Assembly (NCBI GenBank): GCA_017609535.1
Contig: JAFCDU010000012.1
Span: 1 to 32,300 of the forward strand
Length of the DNA stretch: 32,300 nucleotides
Direction: 5' to 3'
Origin: Candidatus Pacearchaeota archaeon
GTDB lineage: Archaea; Nanobdellota; Nanobdellia; Pacearchaeales; GW2011-AR1
Below, in pieces: positions 19,470 through 28,287 of the stretch. The stretch's first letter is position 1; each line of letters opens with the position of its first letter. The notes below the pieces were generated by a model that saw nothing but the letters and a program-made list of their open reading frames with translations, was not told the DNA's origin and searched no databases. A program made the position numbers and the translations under genes.

Positions 19470-20561
19470 TTATGCCATCGCGAATCTCAAAATCCCCCCC
19501 ACACCGCCGAGATTTTCAAATTGAACTCCTTCTGATGTTTCATTTGAAACAAGATGAACTTCTGCGGAAGTCTTAGACGCCAGTGATTTGAATTTCCTTA
19601 TTTGAGATTTTTCAAGATCTTTTGATAGAATTAATTTTCCCACTGCTCCGGCATTTAATTTTTCTTCAACATCTTGGTCTCCATATGAAACTTTATCCGG
19701 CTCCTTGGCAAGAGTTGTGAAAAATTCATCTAAAATTTGCTTTTGTTTTGTTATTTCCTGCTCTGCAAGTTCTTCTTGTGATGCATCAACTAATGCTTTT
19801 AAGCCTGGAAGCTGTGTATCACCAATATCTTTTACTGCAATAACTTTTTCTTTTAATGCAGTTACTAAGTTTCCTGATTCAAGAAACTCATCTTTTGTTG
19901 GGATTGGCCCCCCGATTAAAATTCCTTTTAGTTTTTTCATTGAAAAGAACTGTTTTTTCATTTCATCCGCGACCCGCCTGAAAAATTCTTTTGCTAAATT
20001 TTCAGTTATTCTGTGGAACCTTGCTGCTGACTGGCCGCCGGCTCTTACACTTCCTGGAATTCCCGAGGTCATGTGCTGAAGAATTTTTATGTTTTTTCCT
20101 TCAAGAAGCCCGATTGTTGCTTCTTTTCTCTCTATAATCAACAGCCCATAAACTTCTTCTGTTTCAATCATCTCCTTTAAAGGCTCCAAGACAAAAGTTT
20201 GGTCGCATCGATATAATCGTATTTTTAACGGCTTCGGCGGTTCGATTGTCCAAATTTGAAGGTCCTGCTGTCCTTCTATCTGTGAGACGTTGCCTGCGAA
20301 AACTGCGAGTCCGTTTTTTGGTGTTCTACCGATTATCTTTAATTGTCTTGCGATTTTTTCCAAAGCTTGAAGAACATTTTTTCTTGTAGATGTTGATTTG
20401 ATGTTTGTTGCTGTTCCTTTTTCATCTTCTATTTGTCTTCCTACTTGAGTTATTTCATATCCTGCTGGAATATAAACTGAAATTAATTCTGTATGGCGTC
20501 CTCTATAAGATTCTAATTCTTTAATTAATTCTTCAAGTTCATATTTTTGGGCTGGGTCCAT
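19470..20561 (-). CDS. prf1: Peptide chain release factor aRF1
   Basis: GRHTELISVYIP, NIKS, YRCD, GGQSAARF, C-terminal LGGVGGILRF. Confidence 0.96.
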   Translation of the reverse strand: MDPAQKYELEELIKELESYRGRHTELISVYIPAGYEITQVGRQIEDEKGTATNIKSTSTRKNVLQALEKIARQLKIIGRTPKNGLAVFAGNVSQIEGQQDLQIWTIEPPKPLKIRLYRCDQTFVLEPLKEMIETEEVYGLLIIERKEATIGLLEGKNIKILQHMTSGIPGSVRAGGQSAARFHRITENLAKEFFRRVADEMKKQFFSMKKLKGILIGGPIPTKDEFLESGNLVTALKEKVIAVKDIGDTQLPGLKALVDASQEELAEQEITKQKQILDEFFTTLAKEPDKVSYGDQDVEEKLNAGAVGKLILSKDLEKSQIRKFKSLASKTSAEVHLVSNETSEGVQFENLGGVGGILRFAMA

Positions 20562-20602
20562 AATACTCTATGACAAATCAATTTATTAATGTTTAGAATT
20601 TA

Positions 20603-22981
20603 CTATTTTACAAATTCTACTTTAAATTCCCCAGTTTTGATTTTTTTAGTGTTGGTGACTGCCTTAAAATCCTCGAGCATGTTTGTTAGTGCTTTTTTGT
20701 CTTTTTCTGGGATTGTGAGGATTATTTCTGCTTTCATTGATTTTTGGGCTTTTGTTTTTTGCCGGCGGATTTTTGAAAGCAGGGAAATGAAAGAATCTCC
20801 AAATTGGCTTAATTTTTTGTCTTGTTTGGTTTTGATTTTTGGCCATTGACTTATATGAATTGATTTGCATTCTTCTATTTTGGCAAAATAAGATTGATAA
20901 ATTTCTTCTGTAATAAAGGGGGTTATTGGCGATATCATTTTTAGAATTGCGAGTAGAGATTGGTATAGGGTGTATTGAGCAGACTTCTTTTGAGTGGGTG
21001 TTCCGTTGTAAATTCTGTTTTTAATTATTTCAAGATAATTGTCGCAGAATGTTTTCCAGAAAAAGTTTTCAATTTCGCGACGGGCTCCTGAGATGTTGTA
21101 GGAAAGATAAAGTTGTTTGACTTTTTCTAATGTTTGAGAAAGTTTTTGGAGGATGTATTTATCAATTTCCTGCAATTGTTTTGGTTTATCTCCTTTATAA
21201 TTTTCAATGTTCATAAATACAAATTTTGAAGCGTTCCAGAGTTTTGTAAGGAATTTTTTTCCTGCGACAAGCTCCTGTTCTTGGAACGGCAAATCAGAGC
21301 CAAGTGAGGCAGAACCAACCCAATATCTAAATGCATCGACGCCGTATTTTTCAATTAATTCGTCTGCCCATACTGCGTTGCCTTTTGATTTTGACATTCC
21401 CTTTCCTTTTGGGTCAAGAACGAAGGTATTGATTATTATTTCTTTCCATGGGATTCTGTTAAATAAAAGATGGGATTTCAAGATTGTGTAAAATGCCCAT
21501 GTCCTGATTATGTCATGGGATTGGGGGCGGAGGGACATTGGTGCGATTTTTTTGTAAAAATCGGGATTTTCAAGCCAGCGCAAGGCAATTTCTGGAGAAT
21601 TTGATGAGGTCATCCAAGTATCAAATACATCTGTTTCTGGTTTTGCTTTTTGTCCACAAGAAGGACATTTTTTCTCAACTTCAAGCGGGTCAATCGGGAG
21701 TTCATCTTTTTTTGGGAGGAGGATTTTGCCGCAATTTTCACAATACCATACAGGAATTGGGATTCCGTAATATCTTTGCCTTGAAATTATCCAGTCCCAG
21801 CCAAGATTTTGCGTCCAGTTTTCAAATCGCGTGCGCATAAATTCTGGATACCATTTGATTTCTTTTCCTCTTTTTATTAAATCTTTTTTATATTTTAAAG
21901 TATGAATAAACCATTGTTTTGTAACTATGTATTCTACTGGAGTTGAACAGCGCCAGCATGAACCAACAGTTTGCTGCAAGGATTCTTGTTTTTTTAATCT
22001 GTTTTCTAATTTCAAATCTTTTAGTATTTCTTGTCTTGCTTTTTCTAATTTTAATCCCTGGTATTTTCCTGCTAAATTATTTAATGTTCCATCTTTGTTT
22101 AAAATAGGTTTTAATTCAAGTTTGTATTTTTTCCACCATTCTATATCTGTATTGTCTCCGAATGTGCAAACCATCACAATTCCTGTTCCAAAATCCTTGT
22201 CAACTTTTTCGTCTTCCCTAACCTTGATTTTGTAATTGAACAACGGGACAATTAAGTTTTTTCCGACGAGATTTTTGTATCTTTTGTCTTTTGGATTTAC
22301 AAAAATTCCGACGCAAGCAGGCAGAAATTCCGGGCGGGTTGTTGCTATTGTCGCTTTTTTATCAGAATCTTCAATATCAAAATCAATGTAATTTAATTTT
22401 GTTGTTCTTTCCAAGTCCTCGACTTCTGCCTGTGCCAGTGCTGTCTCGTGTTTTGGGCACCAGATTACTGGTTCTTGTTTTCTGTAGCAATCGCCTTTTG
22501 CGATTAATTTTAAGAAAGAAGTTTGAGCAACTTTTTGCGCTTGCGGTGAGATTGTTGTGTAAAGCAAATCCCAGTCGTAGCTGTGTCCGAGTTTTTTGAA
22601 GACATTTTCAGCGTAAAGTTTTTCAACTTTTTGCGACTCGCGGAGGCAGATTTGTCTAAACTCTGCGCGCGTTGTTTTGGATTTGTCAATTCCTAATTTT
22701 TCTTCAACATATTTTTCAGTCGGCAATCCATTATCGTCAAAGCCGGGTGCAAAATAAACTTCAAATCCCATTAAGCGCATAATTCTTGCGATGATTTCAA
22801 ATTGCGTGTAAGAAAGTGCGTGTCCAACGTGGAGGTGTCCGGCAGAAGCATAGGGGGGCGGGGTATCAATTGAGTAGATTTTCTTTTTTGAATCTGGATT
22901 AAATTTGTAAATTTTTTCTTTTTCCCAGAATTTTCTCCATTTCTGCTCTATTTCCTCTGCATTATATTTTCTTATTGTCAT
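20603..22981 (-). CDS. valS: Valine--tRNA ligase (archaeal type)
   Basis: IDTPPPY, HVGH, ATTRPE, DWIISRQRYYG, GMSKSKGN. Confidence 0.96.
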   Translation of the reverse strand: MTIRKYNAEEIEQKWRKFWEKEKIYKFNPDSKKKIYSIDTPPPYASAGHLHVGHALSYTQFEIIARIMRLMGFEVYFAPGFDDNGLPTEKYVEEKLGIDKSKTTRAEFRQICLRESQKVEKLYAENVFKKLGHSYDWDLLYTTISPQAQKVAQTSFLKLIAKGDCYRKQEPVIWCPKHETALAQAEVEDLERTTKLNYIDFDIEDSDKKATIATTRPEFLPACVGIFVNPKDKRYKNLVGKNLIVPLFNYKIKVREDEKVDKDFGTGIVMVCTFGDNTDIEWWKKYKLELKPILNKDGTLNNLAGKYQGLKLEKARQEILKDLKLENRLKKQESLQQTVGSCWRCSTPVEYIVTKQWFIHTLKYKKDLIKRGKEIKWYPEFMRTRFENWTQNLGWDWIISRQRYYGIPIPVWYCENCGKILLPKKDELPIDPLEVEKKCPSCGQKAKPETDVFDTWMTSSNSPEIALRWLENPDFYKKIAPMSLRPQSHDIIRTWAFYTILKSHLLFNRIPWKEIIINTFVLDPKGKGMSKSKGNAVWADELIEKYGVDAFRYWVGSASLGSDLPFQEQELVAGKKFLTKLWNASKFVFMNIENYKGDKPKQLQEIDKYILQKLSQTLEKVKQLYLSYNISGARREIENFFWKTFCDNYLEIIKNRIYNGTPTQKKSAQYTLYQSLLAILKMISPITPFITEEIYQSYFAKIEECKSIHISQWPKIKTKQDKKLSQFGDSFISLLSKIRRQKTKAQKSMKAEIILTIPEKDKKALTNMLEDFKAVTNTKKIKTGEFKVEFVK

Positions 22982-23015
22982 ATTTTGACAAGGAGCAAGT
23001 TATTTAAAAATGTGT

Positions 23016-23390
23016 TTATTTGATAAAATCTATTTCCGGGCTATATCCATCTTTTGCAACCTGGTATTGGAAAACTATTGGATATTGGGAAAGATAATTT
23101 TCAATTTCAGGAATTGCTTTTTCTGAGTTTACGCCTGCAATTAATGCATCTCCACAAACTATACGGAATCCCTTGTGTGTTTCACATAGAACTTCGAGAG
23201 AGTTTTCAGGTAGATAATGGGGAAATTTTTTATTTAAATTGTCTTTGATTCTCCTTAATTGATTTTGAAGTTCAATTCTATCTGGATGTTTTGATGAGTT
23301 TTGGACATCAAGTAAAAGGAGATAAGAATCTTGGGTTTCTAATATTTGTCTTGCCTTTTTAATAGCTTGTTCTTTAGATATGCCTTTCAT
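23016..23390 (-). CDS. Small SatD/nucleotide-cyclase-like palm-domain protein (tentative)
   Basis: LLLLDVQNSS and FRIVCGDALI resemble the two acidic motifs of SatD/class III cyclase/GGDEF-type domains. Confidence 0.55.
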   Translation of the reverse strand: MKGISKEQAIKKARQILETQDSYLLLLDVQNSSKHPDRIELQNQLRRIKDNLNKKFPHYLPENSLEVLCETHKGFRIVCGDALIAGVNSEKAIPEIENYLSQYPIVFQYQVAKDGYSPEIDFIK

Positions 23391-23423
23391 GGGAGATTTA
23401 ATAGATATTTTCTATTTATATTA

Positions 23424-23540
23424 GTTATGGCATCTGGCTTAAACAACCCAAAGGGCTCGAGTTGAACCTCGAGAGTTTTTTCTGAAAGAAAAAATTTGGG
23501 AAAATCCTTCTCCGAGTGTTAGCGAGAGCGCGTAGCGTGG
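23424..23540 (+). repeat. Structured attC-like site 1
   Basis: CCCAAA(23447)/TTTGGG(23495) stem enclosing hairpins CTCGAG-N6-CTCGAG and TTTTTTCT-GAA-AGAAAAAA; 17-bp core AATTTGGGAAAATCCTT (23493-23509); GTTAGCG at 23518. Confidence 0.6.
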
Positions 23541-23558
23541 TCGAGTCGAAGCCGAAGA

Positions 23559-23634
23559 AATAAATTTGAAATCCGTACATCAAATGAGCGAATGCGATAC
23601 ATAAATACCAGGAATTAAAGGGCAGAATAAATTA
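23559..23634 (+). repeat. Left inner inverted-repeat arms of cassette
   Basis: AATAAATTTGAAATCC (23559-23574) is the perfect reverse complement of 24104-24119; AAAGGGCAGAATAAATTA (23617-23634) matches 24075-24092 inverted at 16/18. Confidence 0.85.
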
Positions 23635-24036
23635 CTCAATAAAAAAGATTAAACTTACTGAAGCCAATACAAGTATAGTTATGACAATCCCCCAAATGTA
23701 AACTCTTCTATGAAAATCTTTATTGAAGAAAGGATCTCCGTAATTTTTGGACATATGTATTCCATACATAATTAACCAGAATAGTAAATTTGCAAATCCA
23801 AACAGCCATCCAAGAACATAAAAAATCCATTGCCACCATTTGAATGTTACTTTATTTTTTATTGTGGATTTGGAAATTAGAAAAGCAATTCCTCCAAAAA
23901 TTAGTCCACCAACAATTCCATTTGTTAAACCTTCAATAAAGTTTGTTTCCATCAAATTTGTGATAAAAGGAATTAGGAAAAATATGACTGCAAAAATTGA
24001 TGCGACTTTTAATGCTTTTTCAGTAGGTTTATCCAT
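23632..24036 (-). CDS. Small multi-pass (about 4 TM) membrane protein, cassette cargo
   Basis: 134 aa with about four hydrophobic segments; its stop codon lies inside the inner inverted repeat. Confidence 0.75.
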   Translation of the reverse strand: MDKPTEKALKVASIFAVIFFLIPFITNLMETNFIEGLTNGIVGGLIFGGIAFLISKSTIKNKVTFKWWQWIFYVLGWLFGFANLLFWLIMYGIHMSKNYGDPFFNKDFHRRVYIWGIVITILVLASVSLIFFIE

Positions 24037-24060
24037 ATTAAGTTCATATAATGAAGAACA

Positions 24061-24076
24061 TATATAAAGTTTTTTA
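24061..24076 (-). promoter_or_regulatory. Archaeal BRE/TATA promoter of the cassette gene
   Basis: Minus strand AAAAAAC-TTTATATA about 25 nt upstream of the ATG at 24036 (leaderless spacing). Confidence 0.6.
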
Positions 24077-24119
24077 ATTTATTTTGCCCCTTGCGACTTT
24101 TTAGGATTTCAAATTTATT
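24075..24119 (+). repeat. Right inner inverted-repeat arms of cassette
   Basis: TAATTTATTTTGCCCCTT and GGATTTCAAATTTATT are complementary to the left arms. Confidence 0.85.
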
Positions 24120-24121
24120 GC

Positions 24122-24240
24122 AATTAACGTTTTGCGGATAAAAGAAGTTTCCGAAGCGAAGCGTAGCAGAATTTGGGAAAATCCTTGCAAGAATTTTCTG
24201 TTTAAGCCCTGTTAAGTCCCCCGACGAGCCGAAGGCGAGG
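24122..24240 (+). repeat. Structured attC-like site 2
   Basis: AATTAAC(24122)...GTTAAGT(24211) AAC/GTT ends about 96 bp apart; second copy of the 17-bp core (24170-24186); hairpin 24177-24198; GCGAAGC, GCGTAGC and GCCGAAGGC mini-hairpins. Confidence 0.65.
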
Positions 24241-24339
24241 ACGAGATTTCAAGACATAAAAATTTAAGAACGACGCAAATATATACTCCTATTGTGAATC
24301 GGACATTAAAAATATAAAATCTCCGTTAGATTATATAAT

Positions 24340-24975
24340 ATGACAAAAACCAAAAAAACCTCAAAGAAAAAACAAAGAGAACGGGAAAAACTGAAAATCC
24401 TCGCAGCAGGCGACTTGCACGGGGATGTTGATGCTGCTCGGAAATTGTCGAAGAAGGCGAAGAAAGAGAAAGTGGATTTGGTTCTGCTATTAGGGGATAT
24501 TCATGGAATTCAAGAGTCGAAAGGTTTGATGGCAGAGTTCAAGAAAAATAAACAGAGACTTGTTTTTGTGCCTGGGAATTGGGATACTTCATTTGAAACA
24601 GGAATCTTGGAGGATATATATAATCTGAAAAATTTGGAAAGGCATTATGTAACTTACGGAGATGTTGGAATTTTTGGGGTTGGAAATAGTGATTTTAGAT
24701 TCAGTGTTGATAAAAAGGAGTTGGACAGATTGATGAGCGAGTTTAGAAAAGCAAAAGCAAGGAAAAAAATTTTGGTTTCTCATTTGCACTCAAAAGGGAG
24801 CAAAGCAGAATTCTCTGGTTTTCCCGGGGATGAAATTATAAGGAAGGCAATTGATTATCTTAAACCTGACTTATTTTTATCTGCACATATTCATGAAGCA
24901 GAAGGCATAGAGGAAAAAATTGGGAAGACAAAAGTTATTCAGGTAGGAAGAAAAGGCAAAATTTTTGAAATCTAA
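24340..24975 (+). CDS. Calcineurin-like metallophosphoesterase
   Basis: GDLHG, LLGDI, VPGNWD, LVSH, SAHIHE motifs. Confidence 0.9.
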   Translation: MTKTKKTSKKKQREREKLKILAAGDLHGDVDAARKLSKKAKKEKVDLVLLLGDIHGIQESKGLMAEFKKNKQRLVFVPGNWDTSFETGILEDIYNLKNLERHYVTYGDVGIFGVGNSDFRFSVDKKELDRLMSEFRKAKARKKILVSHLHSKGSKAEFSGFPGDEIIRKAIDYLKPDLFLSAHIHEAEGIEEKIGKTKVIQVGRKGKIFEI

Positions 24976-25143
24976 TCCTGAATTTTCAAGAATGCTAAAC
25001 TTTCTCAATTCTCTGGCCTAATATTAGGCAAAACTAAACTGCACTAACCAGATTTTATCAGCCTTTTTCATTTAATTAGTCAAACTTATTTGTTCATAGC
25101 AATTTTTCTAAAAATATAAAAACCTGTTTTAACAGTTTGATTT

Positions 25144-27234
25144 ATGAAAAAAGGAACATTAATTATAACTGAAAAGCCGCAGGCCGCGTCTAAAATAGCG
25201 TCGGCTTTAGTTGATAAGCATAAGGAGTTTGTTGATAAGGGTGTTAGATGGTATGAGTTTGAAAAAAATGGGGAGAAATTTTATGTTGGCTGTGCTGTCG
25301 GACATTTGTATGGGATTGCCCAGAAAAAAGGGAGTAAGGCGGCGATTCCGCAGTTTGATGTTGATTGGGTTCCAGCTTATGAAACAAAAGGCGGGGAATA
25401 TACAAAAAAATATTTTGATGTTTTGAAGAAACTTTGCAAAAAATGTGATAAATTTATTATTGCATCAGATTATGATGTTGAGGGAGAGGTTATTGGCTGG
25501 AATGTTGTCAGATTCATCTGCAAGCAGAAAGATGCAAAGAGGGCAAAATTTAGTTCATTAACCAAAGAGGAATTAAAAAATGCATTTAATAATTTAGAGG
25601 GGAGTGTGAATTGGGGGGCGGCTTTTGCCGGGGAGACACGGCATTATCTTGATTGGTTTTATGGAATTAATTTATCGCGGGCTTTAATGCGCGCATTGTC
25701 TAAAACAGGGGGTTTTAGGATTTTATCTATTGGAAGGGTTCAAGGGCCTGCTTTGTCAATTTTAGTTGAAAGAGAAAAGAAAATTAGGAATTTTAAGCCA
25801 GAGCCATATTGGGAAGTTTTTTTGCAAGTTGAGGATTTAAATAAAAATAAAGTTGAGGTCAAGTTTCCCAAAGAAATCAAGAAAAAATCAGAGCTGCTGA
25901 AGTTTAAGCAATTGGGCGGGAAGAAGGGAAGTGCTGAAACAAGAAGTAAGGACGAAGAAGTTAAGCAACCCATTCCATTTGATTTAACTACCTTGCAGAC
26001 AGAGGCATATAGATGGCTTGGGATGAGCCCTAAACAGAGTATGACACTGGCGCAGAATTTATATTTGAAAGGTTTAATTTCATATCCAAGAACATCAAGC
26101 CAAGAATATCCCAACGGGATTAATTATGGAAAAATTTTGAAGAGTTTGAAAAAGAATTATTCTATTGTTAAATATGCTGTGAATAACAAACCGACAAAAG
26201 GTAAAAAAACCGACCCGGCCCATCCCGCAATTTATCCCACTGGGGAGTTTGGGAAGATGACTCCAAGCGAGAGAAAACTTTATAATTTAATTGTTAAGAG
26301 GTTTATTTCTTGTTTTGCTAAACCTGCCTTAGTAGAGAGCAAGAGGATTGTTGTAGATGTTTCAGGTTTGAAATTTCATGCAACTGGGAAGATAATTAAG
26401 GAAAAGAATTGGATGGCTGTTTATCCGTCATCTACTAAGGAGAACAAGATTCCTACTATTAACGGGGAAGTTAATATTAAGGAATTGAGAATTGAAGAGA
26501 AACAGACAAAACCTCCAAAGAGATATACTCCTGCATCTTTGATGAGGGAGTTGGAGAAGAGGAATTTAGGCACGAAGGCTACTCGAACTGGGATTGTTGA
26601 TACTTTATTTTCCAGAGATTATGTTGAAGGAAAAAGTATGGAAGCGACTGAATTGGGGATTAAGCTTGTTGATACATTAAGCAAATATTCTCCAATGATT
26701 TTAGATGAAGAATTGACGCGAAATATGGAAAAAGAATTGGAGGAGATTGAACTTGCTAAGAAAAAAGATTTGGAAAAAGAAAAGAGAAAGATGTTAGAAA
26801 AGGCGAAGAAGGATATTACTTCTATTGTGAATAATATGGAGAAGAATAAGGAGGAGATTGGTAGGGGTTTGAGTGATGCTAACAAGGAAATGTGGGATAA
26901 GCAGAGAGAGGAAAATAAGTTGCAAAAGTGTCCTGTTTGTAAAAAGGGGCAATTGAGAATTTTGTATAATAAAAGGTTTAGAAGGTATTTTGTTGGTTGT
27001 TCTAATTATCCTGAGTGCAAGACAACTTATTCTTTGAGACCAGGATTGGTTAAGCCGGCGTTCGACAAGGATAAGAAAAATGTTTTGTGTGAGGAGTGCG
27101 GATGGCCTATTTTGATTTCTATTAGACAAGGAAAGAAGCCATGGAGATTTTGTTTTAATCCTGATTGTAAGACAAATGAGGAGTGGGAGAAGCAGAAGGC
27201 GGAGTTTAAAAAAGGTTTGGAAAAGAATGGGTAA
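25144..27234 (+). CDS. topA: DNA topoisomerase IA
   Basis: IITEKP, DYDVEGE (TOPRIM), SIGRVQ, ISYPRT catalytic Tyr, LGTKATR, C-terminal Zn ribbons. Confidence 0.96.
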   Translation: MKKGTLIITEKPQAASKIASALVDKHKEFVDKGVRWYEFEKNGEKFYVGCAVGHLYGIAQKKGSKAAIPQFDVDWVPAYETKGGEYTKKYFDVLKKLCKKCDKFIIASDYDVEGEVIGWNVVRFICKQKDAKRAKFSSLTKEELKNAFNNLEGSVNWGAAFAGETRHYLDWFYGINLSRALMRALSKTGGFRILSIGRVQGPALSILVEREKKIRNFKPEPYWEVFLQVEDLNKNKVEVKFPKEIKKKSELLKFKQLGGKKGSAETRSKDEEVKQPIPFDLTTLQTEAYRWLGMSPKQSMTLAQNLYLKGLISYPRTSSQEYPNGINYGKILKSLKKNYSIVKYAVNNKPTKGKKTDPAHPAIYPTGEFGKMTPSERKLYNLIVKRFISCFAKPALVESKRIVVDVSGLKFHATGKIIKEKNWMAVYPSSTKENKIPTINGEVNIKELRIEEKQTKPPKRYTPASLMRELEKRNLGTKATRTGIVDTLFSRDYVEGKSMEATELGIKLVDTLSKYSPMILDEELTRNMEKELEEIELAKKKDLEKEKRKMLEKAKKDITSIVNNMEKNKEEIGRGLSDANKEMWDKQREENKLQKCPVCKKGQLRILYNKRFRRYFVGCSNYPECKTTYSLRPGLVKPAFDKDKKNVLCEECGWPILISIRQGKKPWRFCFNPDCKTNEEWEKQKAEFKKGLEKNG

Positions 27235-27507
27235 AGAGAGGATTTTATTTTAAAATTAAAAAGATTTCAATTAACTTTAAAATATCTGAGGAGATTTTAT
27301 ATAGAAAACTTAAAAATCTTACTATATTTATCTGAATATGAAATCAAAAGAATATTAACCATTTTTCATGAGTTTATTCATACTAAAGATGAAACAAGCC
27401 ATGCATCAAAATTAAGTAAAGAGGAGAAAAATAAAATTGAAACTGAAGTAAATAAAAAAGCAGAGAAGATTTTGAATAAGCGTTCAAAAATTGAAGATTT
27501 TGTTTGA
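27235..27507 (+). pseudogene. Start-less remnant with HExxH (zincin-like) motif
   Basis: Open frame without ATG/GTG start: ...KRILTIFHEFIHTKDE...IETEVNKKAEKIL...DFV*. Confidence 0.4.
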
Positions 27508-27553
27508 GGACCTTGGAGATTAGATTCTTTTTAGAAAGATTGGATAAATCAAC

Positions 27554-27964
27554 TTACTCTTCTTGGTAAATCACTTTATATCCTTGATATGGCGGTCCAA
27601 AATTTATTATGTCACCATTAGTTAAAAGAACTCTTTGAGAACCAACATGTCCAAAATCTTTGTTTCTAATTATTGTTGTTCCATATCTCCCTCTATTAAC
27701 TATATAAACATTTCCAAAATCATCTAATGTTAGTGTCGCTTGGTGTTTAGATACACTTAATAATCGCTCTCGTAAATCTGGGTCTTGGGTTCTCTCTCCA
27801 TTTGAATTTAATCCAAGTGTAATTTCATTATGAACCCCATCTTCACATTGTAGCGTTCCTCTTGCTCGTCCAATATGAACTCTATCATAGACTTTGAATA
27901 ATTCTTCTAAATCATATTTTACATTTGCATGAAAATCATTAAGTATTTTTGCCATTTTTATCAT
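27554..27964 (-). CDS. Stand-alone FHA-domain protein
   Basis: IGR, VSKHQATL, NRGRYGT, LTNGDIINFG match the FHA signature pattern. Confidence 0.8.
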   Translation of the reverse strand: MIKMAKILNDFHANVKYDLEELFKVYDRVHIGRARGTLQCEDGVHNEITLGLNSNGERTQDPDLRERLLSVSKHQATLTLDDFGNVYIVNRGRYGTTIIRNKDFGHVGSQRVLLTNGDIINFGPPYQGYKVIYQEE

Positions 27965-28287
27965 TTTTAATAAAATTTTAGTATTTATAAATCTTTCTAT
28001 TTGTTACTACTATCTAATTATAATTTTAAAATAATATCATAGTTATGGATAGATGAAAAAAGTATGAATAAAGACAAGATAGTGCAGGTATATGGGAGAG
28101 AATTATAAACTCTTTGAAGTATTTTTGAAATTCAACTTAACAAAGGGAAAATAAGAGAAAATGTCTGAGAATCCTTAAACTGCATAATCTTATAAAAGAC
28201 AATTCCAAGAATGTCGGCCTCATTATACAACTTCTCCTGCAAGCAGACTCAAATATTATGCTTAAAAAAGACACAAAAGAAATAAAA

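Noticed and set aside
23424..24240. CRISPR array or tRNA-derived att sites
   Set aside because: Only two 17-bp copies 677 bp apart; no spacer periodicity, no cas genes, no T-loop/anticodon-arm consensus.
27232..27507. Stop-codon readthrough extending TopA
   Set aside because: TopA already ends normally after its Zn ribbons and the stop is TAA; the in-frame position has a 1-in-3 chance of arising at random.
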